Shown: positions 1 through 13,579 of the stretch, piece after piece
Numbering within the stretch: the first letter of the stretch is position 1
Layout: every line of letters begins with the position of its first letter
NCBI GenBank assembly: GCA_964016885.1
Contig: OZ024741.1
Span: 108,810,001 to 108,874,000, forward strand
Direction: 5' to 3'
DNA length: 64,000 nucleotides
DNA from: Eledone cirrhosa
Taxonomy: Eukaryota
Made by a program: the position numbers and the translations under genes
Notes under the pieces: generated by a model
The model's input: only the letters and a program-made list of their open reading frames with translations
Told to the model about the DNA's origin: nothing
Databases searched by the model: none

Positions 1-315
1 CACACACTATATATATACACACACATATAGCGTCATAATGTCGTAATGCAGACAGTCAGACATACAGACAGATATTATAAGGGCGCAACGTTATATCTAT
101 GTATCTATCTAAAAAGAAAGACTAATAATTATAGAGAGGGATCGCTAAATCGCCTAATGCGGTCCCTAGGGCATTGAAAATTTGAAATATCTTTTGCTCA
201 AAACACTCACACGACCATAAGTATTACATATGTAAAGTTTGAAAACAATCAATTTGGGGGTTCTCGAGTTTTAGGGAGTCAGACAGACAGACATTCTCTG
301 TTTTAGATATAAAGA
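1..315 (+). mobile_element. 3' part of a non-autonomous Helitron-like (Lep1-type) repeat
   Basis: Near-identical to 11105-11432, 11565-11865 (inverted) and 63540-63700. Ends with GTTCTCGAGTTTTAG...(ACAG)n...TTTTAGATATA, resembling Lep1-type Helitron 3' ends. The class assignment is inference. Confidence 0.55.
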
Positions 316-1253
316 CTAGCAAAAACCACCCGGTGGGCGGTTTTCTGCTAGCAAATCTAGTGTATATACTGATATTGTTGAGATTTGGATGAGAAATGTT
401 TTCGGCACCACATGTTCACCGTCTCTCAGTGTGTCTTTTATGCATGTACAAATATATATGTTATCTATACGGTGAAATCTTTGAAATAAATATATGTTAA
501 AACGAAAAAGGAGAAAATAAATAACTGGTGGTTAGAAAAAAATATTCCTATGAAATTTTAATCATACCATTAGGTGTGAATAAGGAAATATTTTTTTATT
601 GTCAAAACAAATGTTCAAAAGTTAAACTTCCATTTTTTTAATTATTTCCAATTTTTTCATGAAATTGAACACTGGACATTGGTTGCTGGAAATGGAAATT
701 AAATCGTATTTAATTGTATTTAAATTTCTAACCTTATTTTATTATTTATATTTTTTCAATAAGAAATAAAAAAAAACAACAACAAAAGTTGAAGAAAAAA
801 ATTGAACAAATCAAATGTAGGTTATGGAACTGCGCAATCTGATTAATAAATTACCTCATCAGCAGCAACCTTCTTCAAATGGTCCTTATTATCAGCAGCA
901 ACAACCACAAATTCAATGGCAAACTTCTTCAAACCACAAATTCAATGGCAACCTTCTTCGCATGGTGTCAAGTCAGAACCGCCTCGAACTGGTTACTTCT
1001 GGCTTGTGCAAGGTATCTCTATAGCAACCAGCGATTCCCTCAGCCTCAGTGACCAAAGTCAGTGGGGAGGGGAAGGTAATATTTCTGTAGCATGTGTTTT
1101 AGCGTCTATTCACTCTCTCTCTCTCCCTCTCTCCCTCCCGCTATCCCCCTCTCGTAGTCTGTCTCTTTCTTTCACTCTCACTCTCTCTCTACTCACGTGT
1201 TTCCACTGTCGGACTGACAGACAGAGAAATGGCTGGTTATATATATAAGTAGA
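316..1253 (+). mobile_element. Second non-autonomous Helitron-like repeat, directly following the first
   Basis: Starts CTAGCAAAAACCACCCGGTGGGCGGTTTTCTGCTAG (hairpin) and ends GACTGACAGACAGAGAAATGGCTGGTTATATATATAAGTAGAT, the same terminal architecture as the other copies. Confidence 0.45.
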
Positions 1254-1440
1254 TAATAATTGTTTTTACTTTTGGCACAAGGCCAGCAACTACCCAGTGC
1301 ATTACTGGTACTTTATTTTATCGACTCCGTAAGGTTGAAAGGCAAAGTTAACCTCAGCGGGATTTGAACTCAGACCATAAAGGGCCGTAAATCTTTGCTG
1401 CAAAGCATGGCGTCAGACATTCTACCGATACTGCCAATCC
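1253..1440 (-). mobile_element. tRNA-derived SINE, family 1
   Basis: Minus strand has A-box-like TGGCAGTATCGG, B-box GAGTTCAAATCC, central GCCTTTCA.CCTTACGGAGTCGATAAAATAAAGTACCAG and tail GGCCTTGTGCCAAAAG..AATTATTAT. Multiple copies in the window. Confidence 0.85.
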
Positions 1441-1877
1441 CATAATACTGAAACGAAGTCATCGGATAGACCGATATACCTTCGATCATTTTCCCACTCC
1501 CCCAATGCTTCTATTAGCCAATATCATTAAGATACCAACCAAAAGGAAAGCAGAGTGCACACTAATACGTTAAATAGTGAGAACAATGATTTCGTTGGGG
1601 TAGATAATTTGAATCTCTGGCCCCGGGCTAATGAATTAATCCATCTGCTGGCAGTCCATATGGAACTGGCATGCACAGAAATTATGTAACGCTATTAAAC
1701 ATTACGTAAGTGGCCAAGAGCAGCTTCATCTGCTAGAAAAATTAACCTCTTCGCAACAGATCCAGTACTTGGTGGGAATTCACCATTACTGTAGTAATCT
1801 CGACTTCCAGTGTCATGTGACAGTGAAGAAGGAAGAAGAGTTAAACTAGCAGTGCTTATTTTTTGAAGACATTGACA

Positions 1878-1925
<48 letters not shown>

Positions 1926-2063
1926 AATTACAAAACGGAGTTAAAAACTCACATTAATCCCCTATAATTTAATAAGCTCAAGGGATATATTCCGGGCTCT
2001 TTATAAACCATTATATAGAGAGAAGATAACATAGAGATATGTGTTCAATCATAGGGGATAGAA

Positions 2064-2098
<35 letters not shown>

Positions 2099-2242
2099 TG
2101 TGTGTGTGTGTATGTATGTGTGTGAGTGTGTGTGTGTGTATGTGTATGTCTGTAGGTGCGTGTGTGCGTGTGTGTGTGCGCGCGCGTATGTGTGCGTGTG
2201 TGTGTGTGCCTGTTTGCGTGTGTGTGTGTGTGTGTGTGTAAA

Positions 2243-2620
2243 GGAACGTGGCTGAGTGGTTAGAGGAATCGCAATCGTGAGGTTGTGAGTTCGATTCCCG
2301 GACCGGATGATGTGTTATGTCCTTGAGCAAGAAACTTTATTTCACATAGCTCCTCCTACATGGAGTTGCGACCGACAGATAGTATTAGCAATTGGAATAT
2401 ATATATAGGCGTGTGGCTGAGTGGTTAGAGAATTGGATTCGCAATCGTGAGGTTGTGAGTTCGATTCTTGGACCAGGCGATGCGTTATGTCCTTGAGCAA
2501 GACACTTTATTTCATGTTGCTCCTTCTACCTGGAGTTGCGACCGATAGATAGTATTAGCAATTGGAAAGACCAACGGAAACATTGTTTCCTCGGTCCGAT
2601 TTGACGAAAGTCGATCGTTC
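2243..2620 (+). mobile_element. Two tandem tRNA-derived SINEs, family 2 (2243-2397, 2407-2620)
   Basis: GTGGCTGAGTGGTTAG A box and GAGTTCGATTC B box followed by TGTCCTTGAGCAAGACACTTTATTTCA. Also at 50783 and 60626. Confidence 0.85.
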
Positions 2621-3717
2621 CTAAAAAAAAACAACATATTATTTCTGTATTTTGTTTAAGATGATGATTACTAATTAAAATACTCAATACGTTGGTGTTT
2701 AGAGTATGTAAAATATTATATTTATGTCATTGTTTGAAAATAGTCGATCCCATCAGAAGAAATCTGGTCACAATCCAAGAGACATGATACGATTGCTACT
2801 AGAAGCGTTCGGAATCAACACGGAACACATATTTTGAACTTGTATATAAAAAAAGTATATACCACAGAAGGTCAATTCATATTAACATACCCAACTTCCA
2901 ATTGAACCGACTGATCTCCTCGCCCTAGTTCCTCCAATTTGTCATTATTTTGTTTACTTATTTGGACACTTCTTTTTCTTTCCTGTATAATTTTCTTACT
3001 TTCTCTACCACCAGAAAAGCCTACTTTGGCCGATACATTATATCCTTTTTCTTAAATTTGCTGCGATATAAAATGATATTCCGAAATCAGACCATCTTCT
3101 GTCTTGTTATTTTTGAGTTACTCCGTATTTCGCTCAGTAGAAATAAAAAAAAACACACTCACACACTAGCACACATATGCACACACACACACATGCACAT
3201 ACAAATACGCATAAAATATTATGTGTTCATGCTCAAATTTGCTATAAAATGGCTTATAAAATTGAACCTCATAGCGGCCGGTGGTAACTTCTCTTTCCGT
3301 CTTTTATAGGTTTTCCTCCTATTTTATAAGCTATCTTGCAGCATCTCTTCCCATGAGAACAGGCTTTACATGAATTCTATATTCTCCCGATTTAAAATTC
3401 TACGTACAGTGTTTGTGTCTGTATATAGAAACCATTTCTATATAAAAAAATGTATACTCTGTTATGTATTGAATACCTTACTTACTGTGGTTACCCCCTA
3501 TTCAACCTGGAATACACACACACACACACACACATGTATATATATACATATATATATACACATATGTAAACACATATATATATACATATATAAACGCATA
3601 TATATATACACATATAAATATTTGTATGGATGTATGTGTGTATGTATATATGTATACATACATAAACACATACATCCATACAAATATTTATGTGTATATA
3701 TATGCGTTTATATATGT

Positions 3718-4128
3718 AGGGGAGAGATGACCCCTTAGCCTTTGTCAAGGCAGAATTCTAGGAGAAGGAAAACTCTGATATAACACCTGCAACCCTGATG
3801 GTATCCAATGATGTTGATTTGTTCTTCTTTTTGGTAAATATCATCTTGGTTAAGAGAGTGGGACTGGCTTTGTGCAGTGCCTTTGCTCACTATAAAAGCT
3901 TCACGGCACAGGCATTGCTTTATATTTGGAGATCTCTCTGAACTTGTCGTCACATGGTATCATGGGCCCAGGACTATGTGTCAATAATTGTCACAAGTAT
4001 AGTGTTTGTGCCAGAGTTTTCAAGTCGCTGGCTGGACTAAAAAGTCACACTCGTTCAGCGCATCGGTAGGGGTTCTCCTACATGGATATAAAGTAGTGGA
4101 CGTACTCGAAAACGAGTTGGCAGCCACC
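3718..4128 (+). mobile_element. Non-autonomous RTE-like short retroposon, 5'-truncated copy
   Basis: Inverted near-identical copy of 18872-19278. Contains CTAGGAGAAGGAAAACTCTGAT and ends GTACTCGAAAACGAG before a TA/TATG-rich tail. RTE affinity is inference. Confidence 0.6.
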
Positions 4129-4768
4129 ATGTATATATGTATGTTTGTATGTGTGTTTGTATATATATACATATATATATTCATGTCTATGTTGGTATGC
4201 GTGTATAATGATTAGAATATCGAAAGGTGTTCAGATGACTCGATCGGTGAAAACGGTTGTAATATGTATATGGGTGTTTATGTCTGGATATGAGTCTGCA
4301 TGCAGTGTCGCTAGAGTGTGTGTTCATATGCGTGATACAAGAATGCTAATTAATAGATTTTCTTCTTGAAATTCTATGTCAATACGAAATTATGATAAAT
4401 ACGTATGTGATAAAATTCTATGTTTTTATCTCTCCAAAATTATGCTCACATATTTACTTTTCAGTATATCTATATGCATATATATGTACTTCCTCTCGCT
4501 ATGAATATATATAGTCATTTCTATATATTTAGATGAAATCATCTTCCTTTTCCATGCCCATCGCTCTTGACTTTCTGCACGTCTCTTTAAAGACAATCCG
4601 TGTTTGATAAACACTGAAGTTCGCATCGAAGTGATCAATAGAGGCAATCAATAAATATACACCGAGTGAACTTGTGTGATAGCTGAAACCAACTCTCACC
4701 CTATTTCTTTCCCACTTGCTCCACTTCTGTCATTTCTCTCTCTTTTTCTAACATTCTCTCTCTCTCAC

Positions 4769-4840
<72 letters not shown>

Positions 4841-5368
4841 AGAGATACATATATATATGTATATATGCACTTTATTTATTGTTTGCTTTTCATTATCATT
4901 TTTGTAACCGCTGTGAATGTCAGTGATATTGGTGCAGAGAGACCAAAGCCAATTCTTTGTTCTTGTCTATATATTGCATTTTGATGGTGATGTTATTATT
5001 AGCATTATTTTTTTTTTCTAATTTGCGACGGACGTGGTCATGTCGGCTCCAGAAGGTTGGTCATTTTGAGTTGTTTTAAAGTAGAATTTGATAAAGTAAA
5101 ATATAATGTGTCATTCATTTCCCCGTGAAAGGGCATCCATATATGTGCCAAAGTCTCAAATATTTGAACTTTATTCTTTGAACTAATTATTTTCTGTCAA
5201 AAGATATGGACAGAAAACGTCACCGCTACGCCACCTTGAGCCAGTTGTTACATGACTGCAACTGAAATCCTGAGAGATCACGGTGTAGAGAGAGGGGGAA
5301 TGTCCAAGGTGAGGAGAAGGTGAGAGGGGCCAGGAGAAGGAGTCGAACAGCCGAGGTGTGTGTCATAT

Positions 5369-5397
<29 letters not shown>

Positions 5398-5400
<3 letters not shown>

Positions 5401-5597
5401 GGAACAAGTAAGACCCCGACGGCTGAGCTCAAGCCGTTTCGACGGCTGATTCTGGTAATTCCCAGAATTAGCCGTCGAAACGGCTTGAGCTCAGCCGTCG
5501 GGGTCTTACTTGTTCCTATTACCCACTCTACTACCCTAAGTATTGAGTACTTTGGTGCGTTATGGTCCACCTGGTTCCTTACCACATTTCCTTCGTT
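5398..5597. mobile_element. Fold-back PLE-like tail fragment (58-bp arms, 6-nt loop) inserted in (TA)n
   Basis: 5398-5455 is the reverse complement of 5462-5519 (one mismatch). Each arm contains GTC-GAAA-CGGC, resembling the 3' half of an HHR. TA repeats on both sides. Confidence 0.65.
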
Positions 5598-5800
5598 ATA
5601 TATATATATATATATGTGTGTGTATGTGTGTGTGTGTTTCATAGTCAAAATACATGGCTTGACACTTTTAACTTTACGTTAAATATATATATATATATAT
5701 TATAAACATTTATTGTACTGCCTCTCTGTTCTGTCCCTGTTCAAATTTTTCATTATATATATATATAGTTAAAAGAATAAAGGTGTAACACACAAGTTAT

Positions 5801-6296
<496 letters not shown>

Positions 6297-6614
6297 TTTG
6301 GAGGGTTATATACATTTCAACAAATCACTGAACCACTCGATGGTCTGGTTACCCATTCTCTACACACTAACAAGCTCGGTGATAAATGAAATGTATTCGG
6401 ATCACGCCTCCTGTGATATTTCCCTTGCTACAAGGGAAACAGTCCTTTTCTCCGAGGTGCTCCTTGACAAGCTATTTGGCCTCACAATGATGGTGTATAT
6501 CTATAATGTTCAAATGTTGCATATGGATCATTGAAACTGTACAGTCGGGACTATTAAGAAAAAATAGTTATAATTTTGACTATTATTTCCTCTTATTTTA
6601 TAATTATATATATA

Positions 6615-7052
6615 TATTAGAATTGGTGCTCTGAAATAGCGATATATATATAAATGTATATATAGTGTATTTTGCAATACACTGTATGCTTAATTTAAAG
6701 CATTTCGAAGACCTTACGCTATTGTTTTAGAGTAGTGACAGTCTAACTTACTTTAAATTTTCGGCAAACAGGGGAGATAAAGATGACAGAGCTCTGTTTC
6801 GTACTTTTTGGTACTTATCAAAGCGAAAGTACTCCACCTGTTTCCTGAAAATCATGAATGTTTGATTCTTATAGAATTCTAGTAATAATCAGGAACTGAT
6901 TATACAGAGCGGTTGCCGGTCAAGCAGAAATTGAAAATTAGAATTGGTGCTCTGAAATAGCGACATATATACGAATGTATATATAGTGTAATTTGCAATA
7001 CACTGTATGCTTAATTAAAAGCATTTCGAAGACCTTACGCTATTGTTTTAAA
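6615..7052 (-). mobile_element. Family A retrozyme-like element: ~320-nt unit plus partial direct repeat, containing an HHR
   Basis: TTAGAATTGGTGCTCTG recurs at 6617 and 6938. Homologous to 22823-23243. Confidence 0.7.
6762..6848 (-). ncRNA. Type I hammerhead ribozyme, U3-A8 core variant (family A)
   Basis: TTGATAA-gtac(caaaaa)gtac-GAAA-cagagctctg-TC. Extended stem I caggaaacagg / cctgtttgccg; proximal stem I is imperfect. Confidence 0.7.
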
Positions 7053-7149
7053 TACATGATGATATTACCGGATTCATACTGAACTCGGTCATTGAAATGA
7101 CTATAGTATAATAAACATTTCAAGGATTTACACAAGTCGAGCCTCCTGT

Positions 7150-7188
<39 letters not shown>

Positions 7189-7275
7189 GTTATGCAAGAA
7201 ATGCTTAGGATTATCCTGAAGGTTAAGCTATCTGTATTCTTCAAACCACTCTCTCTCCCATTTCTCAGACCCCTA

Positions 7276-7332
<57 letters not shown>

Positions 7333-7647
7333 ATCTCTCTCTTTCTCTCTCTCTCTATTTCTCTCTCTCTTTCTCTCTCTCTCTCCCTCTCTCTCCTTCT
7401 TTCTCTCTTCCTTTTCTACCCTATCTTCCCCAATAACCCCCTTTAAGAAATACAAGGGAATTTACAATTTAGCTATTTGCTCTGAAGACTTGGAAGGATA
7501 AACGTTATTTGAAAATTGAGTATATGCAAATAAATAACTACCAATTTGTACATAGCATGACTAGGCTGTGTAACTACTAAAATAACATTTGTAAGCAGTC
7601 GGAATAAATTACATTTTATGATGTCTACCTGTTTTATTAATCATTCG

Positions 7648-7834
7648 AGATGAGGTTCTACAGGACTAGAACTGCTTCATTCTTTAGAAATCATCAGGAA
7701 TCTCAGATTCCTGATGATTTCTAAAGAATGAAACAGTCCTGTAGAACCTCATCTATATTAAAACATTTATACTCTGCAATGTATTGAGTACCTTACTTAC
7801 TGTGGTTACCTCCGATTCAACCCGGAATAACGTA

Positions 7835-7836
<2 letters not shown>
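7648..7836. mobile_element. Fold-back element with two back-to-back HHR-like cores and family C tail
   Basis: Inverted repeat 7648-7754 centred on GGAATCTCAGATTCC. CTGATGA-tttctaaagaat-GAAA-cag-TC at 7711. The tail GTATTGAGTACCTTACTTACTGTGGTTACC is shared with 3455-3512 and 32600-32655. Confidence 0.7.
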
Positions 7837-7879
<43 letters not shown>

Positions 7880-8155
7880 GTAAAACACTGGTGTGAGTTA
7901 TATCCGTAGTAGTAGAGCATTCAGTCCATGGGACGAGTTTGGTAGAAGTAGTTCCGCAACAGTTATATATATGTGTGTGAGTATGTGTGTGTGTGTATGT
8001 GTGTGTATGTGTGTGTTTGTGTGTGTATTTGTGTGTGTGTTTGTGTGGCTGTATCTATCTATATATATATATATCCAGGTAGTGTAACGCGAAAGTACTG
8101 TAGGCTCCACCGGGTGAGCACTCCATGTTTAGGTTCACGTCATTACTACCACAGA

Positions 8156-8240
8156 GGTCCGAAGAGCTATTGATTCCAGAGTCGGGCTAGATCGATACAG
8201 ATCGAAACTTGCGCTGATCAGTAGCGAAAGACCCGTCACC
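8156..8240 (+). ncRNA. Degenerate hammerhead ribozyme with long stem II
   Basis: ggt-CCGAAGA-gctattgat...atcagtagc-GAAA-gacccg-TC-acc. Stem III is imperfect. Lies in an insert between (TA)n tracts (8075-8290). Confidence 0.5.
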
Positions 8241-8290
8241 AACCAATAAACCTAATGAAGGAGTAACCATTCATCCTTGTATCTATTATC

Positions 8291-8376
<86 letters not shown>

Positions 8377-9616
8377 ATACATTTTTCTTTTTGCGCCCTC
8401 TTCTGGCTTTCTTTATAATATGTATTTTTTTTAGCACAATAGCGTTTATCCAAAATAAATCAACTTATTTTGTCAATTATTATTTCATAGAAATTCGTTG
8501 TTTTTTAATATGCTTATATTTGCTGAACGATGGTCGTGGCGGATGGGGGTTACTTTTCCTTGTTTTCTACAATCTTCTTAACAGAATTTACATTTTTCCT
8601 TTATTTACTTATTTATCTATTTTTAGAGAGTGTTTTATTTTTTTATTAACATAATTGTTAATTTGCTGATTGTATTTTTAAAGCTGAATATTCAGAATAT
8701 TTGTATACTAAAAACAGAAATAAGAATTGTAAATAAAATATTAAATTAGAATGAACATTGAATAGCAATGGGTTTACATTGGCTGACGACAGCTGACACT
8801 AGATGGCATTAATGGCGGTTTTAATCCCATCATGCATTATAATCTGCCACATGACAGTTAAGAATAACGTTTCATCTGACCTTTTCCTCTCTCCACCCTT
8901 TTCTTCTAACACCCTGATAAAATATGAAACTCAGGAATACACATATACACATACATATATTCACACTCATTCACACACATTCACGTTTATTTCAACATAC
9001 CCATCAATACATGTGCACATGCACGTACACATGGATATACAGACAGATACAAATATACATTTATACACATATACATATAAAAAAAGATTACACGTACACA
9101 TACAAGATGTGTTCACCTACATATACACAAATAGACGTATGCACATCATTACATGTACTTGGACATACACATATACGTCTTCCAATGCACACATATTTTC
9201 ACACACATCCGCAAATAGATATACAATCATAAAAAAGTGGTTAATTTTCTCTTTCTTTTTCTCTATATCTTGTTTTCATCCTTAAATCCAATTTTAATAA
9301 ATGCTGCTAAAAAATACATATTATAAAGAAAGCCATAACATGAAAAATAATAAATACATGTATATAAAGAGACAAATAATGAAATAGTAAAACTAATTTA
9401 AATGAAAATATAAACAACGAAACAAACACCAAACAATGAATTAAATGGCATTTCGTGTTGAAAGGCGAAGCTGTCTTTAAATAATATAAACAACCAACGG
9501 CTGAATTGAAGATATATTAAAATCTAAACAGAAAATAGTTCAATTGTGTGTTGTATTTTCTGGCAGGGAAAGACATTGCCCGCTCACGTCTTTTAGTGCT
9601 CCATTGAACATAGAAG

Positions 9617-9677
<61 letters not shown>

Positions 9678-10104
9678 AAGGAAAGAAATCAGGAAGGGAA
9701 AGGAGGATGAGAAAGAGAAAGGGTGAGAGAGAGAGTCAGAGAAAGGATGTTGAGAGATGAGAAGTTGATATTTTGATATTTACAACGATATCCTTGTTAG
9801 TGAAAGTGATTTTTTGTTGAAAATCTATCAAAGGTTAACAACCTTACAGGTGCTGTCTTGACAGTTTAAATATGTTTTGTTATCAATTAAGAATCTCCGT
9901 TGACTGGTAAGTGTCACTTATCTTAAGACAATGGTAGTCAGAAGAGTTTAAAGGAGAAGAAGAATAAAAGAGCGTACAGCAACTGTCAGCGTCTAGAAAG
10001 AATTGAGTTATTTGTGAGTAAGATAAATTACACGGCGGTATTTATTCCGAACCGTCTGCACTTTCCGTTTACTACTAGATTAAATATGATCTGGGTCAGT
10101 GCGA

Positions 10105-10262
10105 TCTCCACACTGTCAAAGGACTGGCTCAATCCGGGGTTCACATTGTCAGATTTCCTAGGCCAATATTATGTCAACACTGTCAAATGCCCTAGGTCAA
10201 TGATGGACCTAGACTGTCAAATTACCAGGCTCAATACTGGGTCTACGCTGTCAAAGTTATCG
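10105..10262 (+). repeat. Diverged ~34-bp minisatellite, 5 units
   Basis: (C/T)TGTCA at 10113, 10146, 10180, 10214 and 10248. Confidence 0.7.
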
Positions 10263-10683
10263 ACGTTAAAATATATGTTTAGTGTTTATGTTTAAGTGCG
10301 ATTCTTTGATGCTTGTACACCAGACATAAAACAAAACTCAACACATCAACTATGTACCACATTGTTATCTACAGTGAGTGAACATTCAATGGTTATATAA
10401 TTACATATATATAATTCATCCATCAATCATCATTGTTGTTCACATATTATTTCCTAGACGTAATCTAAATTCAATTTGTCGACCAAATTAGAAATATATT
10501 TGATTCTAGTTAATCATGTATTTACAGAATCATGTTCTATCTCGTACATCATCATGGATGATTTAACAGTGAGTCTGTATTGGCTAATGGACGCCCAAGT
10601 CATACGGCATTTGTCATTAAATCTCAACAGCGCTAAATACTTTTAACGTTAACGGTCTTAGAAATCTGTATTATAAATATATA

Positions 10684-10941
10684 TTAGCAGAATAGCCCGG
10701 CGTTGCTCGGGATTCTAAACATAGATTGGCATGATTATCCCTCCTTTCTGAAACAGTACAGAGAAGTACGGAATACCTCGGCCTCGGGATGGTGTCTACA
10801 TTTTGGGCTTATAAAAAAAATTCGACATAGATTACCAGGGTGTTTTTCCGTGCGAAGAGAATCAATACTTTATCGCGAAATAAATACTTTTGTTTATATT
10901 TTGTTATTGTGTATGCAAAAATATCTGTACACAAATATATA

Positions 10942-10991
<50 letters not shown>

Positions 10992-11432
10992 TAACAGATT
11001 GAAGTTTCAGCAAAGAATCGCTGCTTTCACCCTTAGCGGGATCTGCTGAAACTAAAAAAATGAATCTGTGAACGCAAAAGTAAATATTTCGAAAAACGTT
11101 ACACACTATATATATATACACATTATATATATACATATATACACACATATAGCGTCATAATATTGTAATGCAGATAGTCAGATATACAGACAGATACTAT
11201 CAGGGCACAAAGTTATATCTATGTATCTATCTAAAAAGAAAGACTAAGAATTATAGAGAGAGATCGCTAAATTGCCTAATGCGGTCCCTAGGTCATTGAA
11301 AATTTGAAATATTTTTTGCTCAAACACTCACAGACCATAAGTATTACATGTGTAAAGTTTGAAAACAATCCGTTGGGTGGTTCTCGAGTTTTAGTGACTC
11401 AGACAGACATTCTCTGTTTTAGATATATAGAT
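10684..11432 (+). mobile_element. Non-autonomous Helitron-like (Lep1-type) repeat with internal (TA)n and a family D insert
   Basis: 5' TAGCAGAATAGCCCGGCGTTGCTCGGG and 3' (ACAG)n...TTTTAGATATATAG. Matches 1-315 and 62915-64000. Confidence 0.55.
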
Positions 11433-11564
11433 ATATATTCGTAAATTACATGAAATGGATGTACAATATATACTTCAAATGTGTGTAAAATCTATACCTA
11501 AACTGTGTGTACAATTGTGCAATATATAGAGGAAGTGTGCTTACATGAAATATGCAATGAAAAT

Positions 11565-11864
11565 TCAATATATCTAAAACAGAGAATGTCTGACTCCCTA
11601 AAACTCGAGAACCACCCAACCGACCTTTTTCAAACTTTACACATGCAATACGGATGGTCCTGTGAGTGTTTTGAGCAAAAGAAATTTCGAATTTTCAATG
11701 CCTTAGGGACCGCATTAGGCGATTTAGCGATCTCTCTCTATAATTCTTAGTCTTTCTTTTTAGATAGATACATAGATATAACGTTGCGCCCTTATAATAT
11801 CTGTCTGTATGCATTACGACATTATGACGCTATATGTGTGTGTGTGTATATATGTATATATATA

Positions 11865-11865
<1 letters not shown>
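11565..11865 (-). mobile_element. Inverted 3' part of the same Helitron-like repeat
   Basis: Reverse complement of about 11130-11432 and 1-315. Confidence 0.6.
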
Positions 11866-11942
<77 letters not shown>

Positions 11943-12078
11943 AAGATTAATATGGTTCATTGATTACTCAATGAATATAGTTTTACAATAGATTGAAAGC
12001 ACTGTACAATGAAGTTTTCTGGAGTTATTAATATTATTTAGAATATTAATAAAGGAAGACATTCACATAATCAAAATA

Positions 12079-12150
12079 TATGTTTTATTATATATATTTC
12101 TAAGGTACTGTGTTGTTTTTTTCAGTACGTCCTCGTCAGATAAAATACAT
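12079..12150 (-). ncRNA. Type I hammerhead ribozyme in a (TA)n-adjacent insert
   Basis: atgtattttat-CTGACGA-gg..gtactg(loop)cagtacc..-GAAA-tata-TA-taataaaacat. Palindromic ATATAT stem III. Confidence 0.6.
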
Positions 12151-12575
12151 GAATTGATGTATGACATACCTCAACGGTCTTGATAGTTCAATTCCAGTAT
12201 TGGCAGTAATTTATTACAACAAATCTCAACATTTATATACCACAAATAATAACATGATAAATTTAAATTTAAAGAAGAAGAGGACGTGGAGCGAGATAGG
12301 GATATTAGGAGGGGGTGAATATGAGGAAATGCAAGAAAAAATAAATAAATACATACATAAATATTTAAATGAGTAAATAGATGTATTAGGGAAGAAATAT
12401 ATAAAAGGAAATAAACGGAAGAAAGAGAGAGGAAGAAAGAAGAAATAACGACAAAAAAGAAAGAAATGAGGGGGGGGGGTAGAAAGACCGTTGTTTTCAA
12501 ATATTAAGTCAAATTGAGGCAACCAATTAAATATCATGAAATTTTTTATATTTAAAAACAACGGTCTTTCTACCT

Positions 12576-12695
12576 ACCCCGTATGGATGAAAGGCAAAGT
12601 TAACCTTGGTGGGATTTGAACTTAGAAAGGCAAGGTCCGTAACTCTATGCGTCAAAGCATGGCCTCCGACCCTCTACCGATACTGCCAATCCACC
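12576..12695 (-). mobile_element. SINE family 1, partial
   Basis: Matches 1325-1440. Confidence 0.75.
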
Positions 12696-13579
12696 AATGA
12701 AGTACAAGTCAACAGGTTTGAATTTACGTCATTTATTCATTATACAATCTTTGTTAGGAATATTTCAATCATATCTCTTATGTAAGAGTTATGCCTTCAG
12801 GAAACAACTAGTAGTTGGACAGAAAGAGACATGAAGAAATAAAAAATTGCTCCCGCTGTTTAAATTTATTGATATATGCCTTGCTGACAATTGGTGTTGC
12901 GTTCTGAAAGCACCGGTGACATGATTTAGAATAAACTGCCTAACAGCGTCAACACAAATGGTATACAAGGCCCCTAGCTATTCCACCACCCTATCATCCA
13001 ACCATTGTGAATTATCTAGTGATGCCATGTTCTGAGATTGGCCACTCACTTGCTCAGGAAACAGATGATTTACTGATGATTTAGCAGTAGGGGTTAAACT
13101 TAGAAATCGGTTGCTGTGGGAGATGGATTTGTCTACAGCAAAAACAATAACAATCCAGACACTATCAAAGATACCTCAGTTAAATAGGAGGGGAAAGAGG
13201 CACTCGGCTTTAGTGACAGAAGTAGTAGTGGCAGTAGTGATAATATAATACAATATAACCATTCTACATACTGATGTTGTACAATACACATTAAGTGATA
13301 ATTAGCGTTGATATATAGGAATGATAATATAAAATAAAATTAAATTAAGTAAAATTAAAGTTGAAGATAGATTACCATTAAATAAATAAAGAACATATCG
13401 CAAGCGGAATGTAAGATTAACTAGTAGAGAAACAGAAAGAACAAGAAAATAACAAGAACTAATATGTGGGATGTGCGGAACAGTACTAGCATTAGATTAT
13501 GCCAACGCCTAATATGTATCATAAAATTGATAGTCGTTCAGAGATATAGAATATGCTAAAAAATGTATACAATTTGTAC

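Noticed and set aside
2407-2480. Possible tRNA gene
   Set aside because: The tRNA-like head continues into a SINE body and is multicopy; there is no proper acceptor stem or terminator.
10105-10262. CRISPR-like repeat-spacer array
   Set aside because: Eukaryotic context, only a 6-8-nt conserved motif, spacers resemble each other, and no cas genes.
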